The notes below the pieces were generated by a model. It searched no databases. It saw only the letters and a program-made list of their open reading frames with translations, and was not told where the DNA came from. A program made the position numbers and the translations under genes. A DNA stretch of 64,000 bases from Piromyces finnis finn (taxonomy: Eukaryota; Fungi; Neocallimastigomycota): contig MCFH01000004.1 in NCBI GenBank assembly GCA_002104945.1, forward strand, positions 1,302,001 to 1,366,000. Direction: 5' to 3'. The first letter of the stretch is position 1, and each line of letters starts with the position of its first letter. Below are positions 1 through 12,200 of this stretch, one piece after another.

Positions 1-36
1 TTATAACTAATTTATAATTAAAATATTAACACATAC

Positions 37-1127
37 CTCACCATACTTAGAGAAAAGCTTCTTTAAATCTTCTGGCTTTGTAGTAGAAGAAATGTTACCA
101 ACATATAAGTTATTACCCTTGTTTGGTGCATTATCAGCTCTATTTATAATTGAAAATACATAAAAATTACATTAATATTTATTATATTTTTATATTTTTC
201 ATCCTTTTAAAAAATACTAGAATAAAAAAAAAGAACAAATGTAATTATTAATTTAAAATAAAATAATAATAAATTGTTGTAAAATGATGATAAATATGTT
301 TATGTATTGAATTCATTTTAAAACACTAATATAATTTATAATGTATTTATATCTTTACATGGGGATAGGTGAATGTGGTGAGTGAGTTCTTTGAAGAGAA
401 TGAGCTCTTTGTGGTGAATGAGCTCTTTGTGGAGAACGTGACATAGATCTTTCATGTGAGCGTTGTGGTGGAGAATGTGATCTTTGAGGTGAGCGTTGTG
501 GTGAACGTTGAGGTGAGCGGGACATACGTTGTGGTGAGCGGGACAAGCGTTGTGGAGGTGAACGAGGTGAACGAGAGTCTGCTATTAATGTAAAAAAAAA
601 TGTTTGATTATTTTGACAACATTTTTTGAAAAAAATATTTGTATGAATGTGGTGATACATAATAAAAATTGAAATTTCATAACTTATAATAAAAATGAAA
701 TACATAATACAGAGAAATATAAATGTGAAAATAAAATAAAAAATAAAATGTGCTACGTGTAATTTCAATAAATATGCTTTTTTTCTTGCTTCTTAATTTT
801 TCTTTTCTTTTAAAAAAAGAAAAGTACACATAAAAATTATTCATATTGTTTTTATTGAATTATACGTTTAACTTAATATAATATATTACTTAGATTATGA
901 ATTTATATGATGTCTTAAAAAAATAATGTACTATGATTATTCATATTTTGTTTTATTGCTATTGTATTATTTTCATTTGAAGCCATTCATTGAAATACTT
1001 GATTTAAAAATAAAAAAAAAATAAAAAATAAAATCTAATAATAATATAAAAAAAAAAAAAAAAGCAATAAAAACAAAAAACAATTATTTTTCTCAATATT
1101 TTTTAAATCCTTACCGGAATCAGCCAT
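37..1127 (-). CDS. Tra2-like / SR-related RRM RNA-binding protein, 5' part (continues off the left edge)
   Basis: In-frame GT-AG exons 1127-1115 (ATG GCT GAT TCC G), 581-359 (SPQR/HSPQR repeats) and 139-37. The third exon reads ADNAPNKGNNLYVGNISSTTKPEDLKKLFSKYGE, an RRM start with the RNP2 motif LYVGNI. An Arg/Ser/Pro-rich N-terminus followed by 'GNNLYV' is typical of Tra2-like proteins. Confidence 0.8.
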
Positions 1128-3123
1128 TCTAGATAATATATATTAAAAAATATAAATATATTTTGTTAATATAAGAGTTGATTAAAATAAGATTAGTTAT
1201 ATATTTTTTCTTTGATTATAAATTTAATTTTAATAAAGTAAAATTGATCTCTATATATTTCTTTGAAAATACATCATTATTTATAATATTCAATTATTTT
1301 TTAATTGATTGTTTGGTATTTATTTGTCTTAATTATTTCATCAAAAGTTAATATAGATCAAGTTTCTTTTTTAACTATATATGCAATAAAAAAAAAAAGA
1401 GAGAGAGAAAGATTGAACTACATATATAAAACTATATCAATATCCTACTACACTATTATTTTTATTTTAGTTTTCATTTCTACTAATTATTTGATGGTTA
1501 TTTTTATTTTAATTATTATATTTGTTTTCTTTTTTTTTTTTCTTTTTTTTAAAAAAATATTATATATATATATATATACTTTGCAACTTTATTTAAATTT
1601 ATGTATAAATCAAAATATAAACATTTACTTCTTTAATTAAGTTCCAAAAATTTGGTATTCGTAAATAAAATATTAAATTAAATAGATATATAAAAAAAGC
1701 AAAAATAAAAATATACAATTATAAAATATTATAATTTATTTTTACTATAACAAAAAATAAAATGAACAATTTTATTTTATTTCCTATTAGTAAATAAAAA
1801 TAAAATAAAATTATAATAATTTTGATAAAAAAATTTTTTTTTTACTTTGTTTATTTCCAAAAAAAAAAAAAAAAAAAAAAATATTATAATAATAATAATT
1901 CATTAATAATATATTGTATAATATATTTAATTATATTATTGTATTATAACATATATTAATATATATATTATATATATTAATATAACCATACATTAAACAC
2001 TGAATAATATTAATTATTAATTTTTTTCATACAAAAAACTACTATTAATAAAATATTTTTATAGGAAATTATAAAAGTCATTATTAGAACATCATTGAAA
2101 CAAATAATCAACAAATGTTAATAAAAAACATCTTTTTAAAAATGTTATGTTTTATTTGATTTTTATCTTTATTTTCAGAATTACTCAAGTCTTATTCAAT
2201 TAATTTTTTTTGTATTAAAGAATGACTTTACCAAAAAATATAATAAATATAATTTTTTGACAAATAATTATATATAAATAGTATATATTAATCTTTTAAA
2301 TTAAAACTTTAATTTCATAGGAAATATAACAATCCATATTTAGAATTAAACCAGAATAATAATAAATAAATGAAAAAAAAAAAAAAACATTTATTATTCA
2401 CACTTTTTTTTAATACTATAAAATAGGTAAAAAAAAAAAAAAAAAAAGCCATTGTAGGAAAACTTTACCCATACATTAAATAATGATGATCATTTTCCAA
2501 TTCTTAATGATTATTTATTAATTATATACATTAATTTAATATACCTATTTATTAAATATGATTGGGATTTCTTCATTATTAAAATATTACTCATTTTTTA
2601 AAACAAAATGAAAAATTAATATTTTATTATTAGTAAAATATTTTAATATGAGAAATAAAAAAAAAAAAAAAGGATGAAAAAATATTATAAGCCTTTTTAA
2701 TATGAGAAATAAAAAAAAAAGAAAAAATACTATAATATTTAATACTTTTTAATTACAAATATTATTAAATATCTATAATAAAATATATTTAATTTATAAT
2801 CATTCAACTCAAATTATTATTTTTTAATTAAAAATTTATCTTACATTTGAATATTTACATAAAATATTTTATTACATACATTTTAATTCTATTGTAATTT
2901 TACCTATACAAATTTTATAATAAGCCATAAATGATTCCTATTATTATTTTTACTATTTCATTCTCAAATATTTTGTTAGTGCAATTATTTATAAAAAAAA
3001 ATTGCCTCGAGTCATATAACCACTTTATAATAACAAAAATAATCATTATATATTGAAATATTGAAATACCTATTAATTTAATTTGAATGTAAAAAAACTA
3101 AAAGAGATAATCTTTACCATATT

Positions 3124-3325
<202 letters not shown>

Positions 3326-3499
3326 GTTTGTTTATTTTAATTTTAATTTTAATTTTAATTTATTTTCTTTATATTTTTAATTTTTTATTTTTTTTTCATT
3401 CTTATTTTTATTATCATTTAGTTTCATTAATTTTTATTTTTTTTATTCTTCTCTTTCATTATTTTTATTATGGTTTTATTTCATTCATTATAATATTTT

Positions 3500-3769
3500 T
3501 TACTCTTCACTTTGATTATTTTTATCTTGCATCTCTTTTTTCATTGCTTTCTTTAATTTTTTCTTTTCTCTTCTATTTAACCACCACATTGTAAGTAAGG
3601 ATCCACAGTCATTTTGTCTAAGTGAATAATCAACAAATGCTTTCTTTCCTGGGCTTAAATCTTCAGAATCATATTCTGGTGGTGGTGGTGCATTAGCCTT
3701 TACTTTTTCTCTTTGTCTTTCCATTACTTGCATTGAGATTGGCTTATTAGGATTTATATATTTTCCCAT
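3500..3769 (-). CDS. Small intronless hypothetical protein, 89 aa
   Basis: ATG at 3769 with A at -3. ORF MGKYINPNKP...PPPPEYDSED...DCGSLLTMWWLNRREKKKLKK... is clearly richer in G+C than its flanks and has protein-like composition. No family recognised. Confidence 0.65.
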   Translation of the reverse strand: MGKYINPNKPISMQVMERQREKVKANAPPPPEYDSEDLSPGKKAFVDYSLRQNDCGSLLTMWWLNRREKKKLKKAMKKEMQDKNNQSEE

Positions 3770-4663
3770 TGTTATATCCTTCAAATTAATTTCGTTTTGT
3801 TTATTGTATTTATTTAATAGATTATTTTATCTTTGATTTATAAAATTATTTTTTTATTTATTTTAAAAAAAAAAAAAAAAAAAAGATAAGAAAACTACCT
3901 TTTTATATTTTCTTTTAATCTTATAGTATAAATAGTATAATTACGTGTATATATATTACATCATATACTAAATATATATCAAATGAATAGTAAAAATAAT
4001 ATTTTCTAAAACGTATGTATATATAAAAGTTACAATAAAATATATTTTTTTAATATTTTTTTTTACCAAAAAAATAAAACTTCAGAAAAAAAATTTATTT
4101 TTTCTATAATTTTAATTAAATTATATTAAAAATTGAACTTTAATTATTATAAAATATAAATTATTTAGAAAATTATAAAACTTAATAAATATACTTATAT
4201 ATATCAAATATTACAAAAAAAAGTAATGTACGAATTATTTTTTTACCTACAGCCACATCTATGATTTAAATGGATGATAGATTGATTTAAAATCCAAGCA
4301 ACTTTCACTTCGATACTTTCAACGAAATTGCAAGTTACGAAAAGAAAAGCTTCCATCATTTGATATTATTTATTTATCATTTACAATTACTTTAAATATT
4401 TAAAATTGCAAAAAGAATTCTGTTGATTTTGATATTATTAACACTATGAAAATGACTTAGATTTTGGTTAATGTTAAAACTAGCAACATAGATGAAAAAA
4501 TTTTGTATCATTATAAATAGAATTGGTAATGCTTCACAAAGGAACTTTAAGTATAAATAATACTAAAAAAAGGGATTCTTTTAGTATTATTAATCATGTT
4601 TAAATTACTGTTTTTTATTAAAATAGATAAGTTTTTTTATAATAAAAATTTGTAATAAAATAT

Positions 4664-4696
<33 letters not shown>

Positions 4697-5784
4697 CATT
4701 ATTAAACCTATTACTAATATCAGTAACTATAGAAATATAAAATTGCAATGTACAAATAAAACCTCTTTTAATTAACTAGACATATATATATGAATTATAA
4801 CATGATATAAGAAAAGAGAAATATTTTTGAGATTTCAAATATTAAGATAACTAATGCAATTAATAATATGTAATTTAAAAATATATGAGATTTATTAATT
4901 TATGTTTATCATCATTTACAATTATATAAGGCCTCGAACTTTTTTACAATAGTTTAACTTATTTTACATAGAACTATTCTAAAATAATTTAAACTAAGGA
5001 TATGAAGAAATTAATAAATGATAATAAAATATTATTTCAATACTTATACACATGTTATAATTGCTAGTAAAGTGTTATCTTAATATTTATATATGTTTTT
5101 TTTTTAAGTATATTATTTTTAATATTCACATTTTTTTTAATCCAGATACATTTATATATATTTGTCTTTGAAAGCCTATCTAAAAAAGTTAAACTTCTTT
5201 TTCTTATTTTCAATAAAAATAAATATAAAACTTTAATTTATTAAATGATAAAATATTGGTTAAGAATTAGAAAAAATATATTAATAAAAACTAATTAAAA
5301 AATCTTATTAAAAATAAAAAAAAAAAAAGAAAAAAGAAAAAAGAAAATAGAAAAAAGAAAAAAAAAGGAAAAAAAGGAAAAAAGGTATTATAGAATTAAC
5401 TAATTAATTACAAGAGATAATAGTAAAAAGCTTTCTTTAATAGTAAATAAGAAGAAAGTAATTATTTTTATTTATATTAATTCACTAATTATAAATATAA
5501 CCATATTAATATTTTCTTTCCAACAAAATTGCAATATACAAAAACCACAAAATTAAATTTCAAATGTTAATTTCATAAAATAATTATTAAAAACTTTTAC
5601 CAACAATAAATAAAGTTCATCTATTATTTTATATATAGTTATTGAGTAAGATACTGAAATTCAATTTAAATTAAATCTTTAAAATGCATATTATTTCAAA
5701 AAAAAATAACTCATATATATATACTTATTAATAAAAAAAAAAATAAAAATAAATATTTATTATATTTTAATTTAAAAAGGCATA

Positions 5785-8166
5785 ATGGAAATAGATAAAA
5801 TGAATATCGATGACAATGAGGTTCATCCAACTGATTCAAAATATAAAAGTTTTGATCTTGAGAATTATGCAGCAAATTATAAAGGTAATTAAAATAAATT
5901 TGGTTAATATTATCTATAAAATTTTAATAGTTATACAATAATAATAATAGAATAATAAACATAAAAGAAATTTATTTTCACTTTAATACACAATTATATT
6001 TCCCATTATCATTTTAACAGCATTAACGTTTTAATTCTATAAATGTCATATATATCATATATATATATAATAAAAATTTACTATCCTTAATATTTTCATA
6101 ATTACTAATAATTACTAATAATACTAATTTGTAATGATGGTGCCTACATCGAAATCTATTGTATATAATTGTATAAATTGTGATTTATATATTTAAAATT
6201 AAAGGAAGAAATAGAATAAACAGACTCATTTTCATTGCAAATAGTTGTAACCAATTAAGTGTTCAAGCTTTAAAATTACTTCTTAAATACATAAAAGAAG
6301 ATACATATGACATTAATAATTATTTAAAATATCAAGAAAAATACCAAAATATAACTAATGATCCAACAATTGATATTGAATGGACCGAAAAAGTTAAAAA
6401 GTTAATTAATGAAGAACAAAAAAAAATTGATAGCAGTGTAACCCCAACAAATGATATCGATTTGAAAAGAGAAAATATTAGAGTATTTATTAATAATAAT
6501 TTAATTAATAATAATAATAATAATAATATAAACAGAACATTAATGCTTTTTTTTTTTTTTTTTTTACAAATAATAATAACAATATTATTAATATTAATAC
6601 AGTTATTAAATAAAATGCAAGGTGATTTATGTTATAAATGTGGTAATATTAAAGATGCACAAAAATATTATAACAAAAATAAAGATTTCAGTAATACCTC
6701 TCAACATTTAATTGAAACTTACGTTGATTTAATAAAGGTTAATATATCTTTATATTTATTTATCCTTCCCATTATAAAATAATATACTTAATTCAATTAC
6801 CATTATAAATTTTTATACTGAAATAAAATTTATTAATTTATCACAACACAATGTATTATATATTGTCAATCAAATTAAATTGCATTAGACTTATTTTGAC
6901 CAATTAGATGAAATGAATGTTAAAACATACATTACCAAAATAGAAAGCAAAACCTCTGAAACAAAAAAAAATACAGATTTAAAAAATATTATGAAATGCT
7001 ATACAGGTTTATGTAATGTCCGTCAAAAAAATTATAAAAGTGCAGCACGTATATTTACAGAAATTGATATAGAATTAAATGATATCAATCCAGAGGTACT
7101 TATTTTAATCAAGTAATTTATAATTATTAATTAATACTTTTTATGAATAAATTGTTTTCCATTATAAACAACATCCCTATATTTTAAATTATTATGCTGA
7201 TTATTCGTATAAATAAACCTAATATTATTATCAATCAATAATTAATTATTAGATAATAGCACCAAATGATATTGCAATTTATGGTGGTCTTTGTGCTTTA
7301 GTAGCATTTACACGTTCAGAATTAAAAAACAAAGTAATTGAAAATACAAAATTTAAAACATTCTTAGAACTTGAACCACAGATTCTAGATTTAATCAAAG
7401 CTTTTTATAATTCAAAATATATTACTATGCTTGAAATCTTAGATAGTATAAAGGTATGTTTTTCATCCCAAATTGCAAATTGAACAGTCATATTAATCAT
7501 AATAATTAATATTTAAAAATAAATAATAGTATATTAAAATTTAAAAAATGAATTAATCTAAAACTTTTATAGTCAAGTTTATTACTTGATATTCATTTAA
7601 AGGCTCATGTCGAAGACCTTTACAAAATAATTAATGAAAAAGCCTTTGTTCAATACTTTAGTCCATTCCAAACTGTTGATATGAATAAAATGGCAAAATC
7701 TTTCAATATGTCTGTTACTGAATTACAAGAAAAATTAGTAAAATTAATTGCAAGTAATAGTATTAAAGCTAGAATTGATAGTCATAATAAGGTTTGTATT
7801 AATATATTCTTTTATTCTTTATAGATAAAAAATAATAATAATAATATATATTTTTTTTACAATTATTTCTTTAATATATAATTTAAAAATCTATCACTTA
7901 ATATTCTAATTATATCTATATTATATGCATTATATGTATTGATTTAAAAAAAAAAAAAAAAGATTCTTTATGCTAAACGTGCAGATCAACGTAATAATTT
8001 ATTTAGAAAAACTTTAAAATTAGGTGAAGAAAATAAACAAATTATTAATGATTTATTATTAAGAATGAAAATGGAAGAAAAGAAAATGATTGTTACTAAA
8101 AATAATAATGAAAATAAAATTCAGGGTCAATTACATTTACAAGTCCGTCCAGGAAATCTTTCCTAA
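5785..8166 (+). CDS. CSN1: COP9 signalosome subunit 1 (PCI domain)
   Basis: Seven in-frame exons: 5785-5884, 6205-6482, 6603-6737, 6889-7095, 7253-7453, 7573-7791, 7963-8166. Motifs [67 protein letters not shown] and [14 protein letters not shown] are characteristic of CSN1/GPS1. Confidence 0.93.
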
Positions 8167-8796
8167 ATTTAAATTTTGGTGAATTTTATTCTCACAAATA
8201 AATAGTTTCACAGCCTTTATTATATAAAAAAATTTCACAACTAGTTTCACCAAATTTATTGTATAAAAAAAAAAAACTTAATAAATATATATACTCTATA
8301 TTTCCCTCTTTTATAAAAATTTAATAGCAATTAATAATTTAATTTTATTTTATTAAATTTTTTATTATTTTTTTTTTTTTTTTTTTTTTTTATTTTATTT
8401 ATAATTTTTTAATATAGTATGTATATATAATTTTAGGAAAACTGTTAAATAAAATAAAAAAAAAAAATAAAAACACTTTTAAATAAATATATTTATTTAA
8501 TATATATAATGTTTAAAATAAATGAAATTAATAAAAAATTAAAAAAGAATTTTTTATATAAATTTATATTAGTAAATATGCCTTTCGAGTGTTTGTTTTG
8601 TTTTCTGTTATGTTATGTTCGATTTGCATATTATATATTTTAATTATGTTATTAAGATAGTTCTAGAGATTATGATGATATTTTTTTTTTTTTTTTTTTT
8701 TTACTTTTTTTTTGTTGTTGCTTTTTTTTTTTTTTTTTTGGTGTGTGTGTATGTGTTTTTTTTTTGTTTGTTTTTTTGTTTTTATTTTTATTTTCG

Positions 8797-8827
<31 letters not shown>

Positions 8828-9228
8828 TATAAAAAGTACATATTTATAAATTTATTCATTATGGATTATATATAAGAATTGATTTTAAAAATTTTCAAAA
8901 TCAAACTTATCCAGTCTAGTCTTAACATCAATTTAATACTTTGCCTTTTAATTACTAAAATTAAAACCTTCCTTGTTATTTAATATTATTCGATAAAATA
9001 ATATTATTATCAATCAGTATATTTTATAAATTTTCTTTTTACAGTTGTCATTTATAACTTCATATATATTAAAGGTAATATTGATTAGAATAATTGAATT
9101 GATGTACATCTTTTTAATAATTAAATTGTATTTTAAAATATTATATAAAGATATATATAAAAATTATTAAAGAAATCATTAATATATATGAATTAATAGT
9201 AACTTGGCGTATTTGTCAAAGTATTCAT

Positions 9229-12200
9229 TTAATATAATATTTTTTCATTATTAGATTTAATAAAAGTATGCTTTTCAACATTTTCAGTAATATTATAAAT
9301 TTCTGATTCAATTTCAAATTTTTCTATTTCAATTTGATCTTCATTATTATTAAAATCTTCAATTTCTTCAGTTCTTTCTTCAATAATATCGCTTAATAAG
9401 TTTTGATCTTCAGTTTTTTCTTCAGAAATTTCACTTAAATTTTCAGTATCATCTGCATGAATAACCTTACTTAATTGTTTTTCAATTAAATGATAGTCTA
9501 CATCATCAAGCTCAAATTCCTTTTCCCCATTACCAGTAAATTGATCATTATATAATTCTTCAATATTCTCTATTCCAGAAACTTCATTTAATTGTACAAT
9601 AATTTCTCCCTCGATGTTTTCAATTGGTTTAATTTCTTCTAATAATTGTTCTTTAATATTTGATTGTTCAATAATTTCTTCCTTAGCATTTTCGATTGAT
9701 TCAGCTAATGATTCTTGTTGCTCAACAGTTTCCTCTTTGATTTTTTCAACAGCTTCAACATTTAGTTGTTCAATAATTTCTTTAATTGGTTTGATAACTA
9801 ATTGTTCTTCTGCAACAATAATTTCTTCATTGGTTTTTTCATTTAATTCAACTACTGATTGTTCTTCATCAATTGAATGTTCAACAATTTCTCCTTTGAC
9901 TTTCTCAATTGATTCAACTTCTAGTTGTTCAATAACTTCTTCCTTGATTTCTTCAATAACTGGTTGTTCAACAATTTCTTCTTTAATTTCTTCAGTTGAT
10001 TCTTCAATTGATTCAATATTTGATTGTTCAATAACCTCTTCAATAATTTCCTCAGCAGATTCAACTACTGGTTGTTCTTCAATAATTGATTGTTCAATAA
10101 TTTCTTCTTTAGTTTCTTCAACAGATTCAATTATTGGTTGTTCTTCAACTAATGGTTGTTCAACAATTTCTTTAATTTCTTCAATTGATTCAACTACTAG
10201 TTGTTCTTCAATAATTGATTCTTTAACAACTTCTTTAGTCTCTTCAGTTGATTCAACTTCTAATTGTTCAATAACTTCTTCCTTAGTTTCTTCAATTAAT
10301 TCAACTAATGGTTGTTCTTCAGCAGCAATGATTTCTTCTTTGGTTTTTTCAGTTAATTCAATAATTGGTTGTTCAACAATTTCTTCTTTAGCTCCTTCAG
10401 GTTCAACAAATGATTGTTCAACAATTTCTTTAATAGTTTCTTCAACCTCTGGTTGTTTTTCAATTATTTCTTCTTTAGTTTCCTCAGATTTAGCAATTAA
10501 TTGTTCAATAATTTCTTCAATTATTTCTTTAACTGATTCAACTACTGGTTGTTCTTCAATAACTGTTTGTTTAACAATTTCTTCTTTAGTTTCTTCAGTT
10601 GATTCTTCAACTGATTCAATAATTGGTTGTTCAACAACTTCTTCAATAGTTTCTTCAGCAGATTCAATTACTGGTTGTTCTTCAATAATTGATTCTTTAA
10701 CAAATTCTTCAATAGTTTTTTCAACTGGTTCAATTACTGGTTGTTCTTCAATATTTGATTGTTCTGAAACTTCTTCAATAATTTCTTCAGCAGATTCAAT
10801 TACTGGTTGTTCTTCAATAATTGGTTGTTCAACAACTTCTTCAATAATTTCTTCAACTGATTCAACAATTGGTTGTTCTTCAATAACTGGTTGTTCAATT
10901 AATTTAATAGATGATTGTTGTTCAACGATTTCTTCTTTAGTTTCTTTAATTGATTCAATTAATGGTTCTTCAACGATTTCTTCCTTAGTTTCTTCAACTG
11001 ATTCAACTACTGGTTGTTCTTCAACAATTGGTTGTTCATCAACTTCTTTAATTGCTTCAATTGATTCTTCAACAGATTCAATATTTGGTTGTTCAATAAC
11101 CTCTTCAATAATTTCCTCTGAAGATTCAACTACTTGTTGTTCTTCAATAATTGATTGTTCAACAATTTCTTCTTTAGTTTCTTCAACTGATTCAATAATT
11201 AGTTGTTCAACAACTTCTTCAATAGTTTCTTCAGCAGATTCAATTACTGGTTGTTCTTCAAAAATTGATTCTTTAACAATTTCTTCTTTAGTTTCTTCAG
11301 CTGATTCAATTACTGGTTGTTCTTCAACCAATGGTTTTTCAACAATTTCTTCTTTAGTTTCTTCAGTTAATTCAACTACTGGTTGTTCTTCAATAACTGG
11401 TTGTTCAACAATTTCTTCTTTAGTTTCTTCAACAGATTCAATTACTGGTTGTTCTTCAACCAATGGTTCTTCAACAGTTTCTTCTTTAGTTTCTTCAGTT
11501 GATTCAATTACTGGTTGTTCTTCAATAACTGGTTGTTCAACAATTTCTTCTTTAGTTTCTTCAGTTGATTCTTCAACTGATTCAATAATTGGTTGTTCAA
11601 TAACTTCTTCAATAATTTCCTCTGAAGATTCAATTACTGGTTGTTCTTCAATAATTGATTGTTCAATAACCTCTTCAATAATTTCCTCAGCAGATTCAAC
11701 AACTGGTTGTTCAACAATTTCTTCTTTAGTTTCTTCAGTTGATTCTTCATCTAATCCAATAATTGGTTGTTCAACAACTTCTTCTTTAGTTTCTTTAGTT
11801 GATTCTTCAACTGATTCAATAATTGGTTGTTCAACAATTTCTTCTTTAGTTTCTTCAACAGATTCAATTACTGGTTGTTCTTCAACCAATGGTTTTTCAA
11901 CAGTTTCTTCTTTAGTTTCTTCAGTTGATTCAACTACTGGTTGTTCTTCAATAACTGGTTGTTCAACAATTTCTTCTTTAGTTTCTTCAACTGATTCAAT
12001 AATTGGTTGTTCAACAACTTCTTCAATAGTTTCTTCAGCAGATTCAATTACTGGTTGTTCTTCAATAATTGATTGTTCAATAACCTCTTCAATAATTTCC
12101 TCAGCAGATTCAACAACTGGTTGTTCAACAATTTCTTCTTTAGTTTCTTCAGTTGATTCTTCATCTAATCCAATAATTGGTTGTTCAACAATTTCTTCTT

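Noticed and set aside
1305-1640. 111-aa hydrophobic ORF; similar ORFs at 8615-8821, 23893-24117, 41792-41992, 44896-45240 and 50491-50721
   Set aside because: F/I/L/Y-rich products expected from AT-rich low-complexity DNA and homopolymer or trinucleotide runs; no coding-like composition.
4250-4560. Slightly GC-elevated island with broken reading frames, possibly a decayed transposon
   Set aside because: I could recognise no RT, transposase or terminal-repeat motif; a repeat-library search would be needed.
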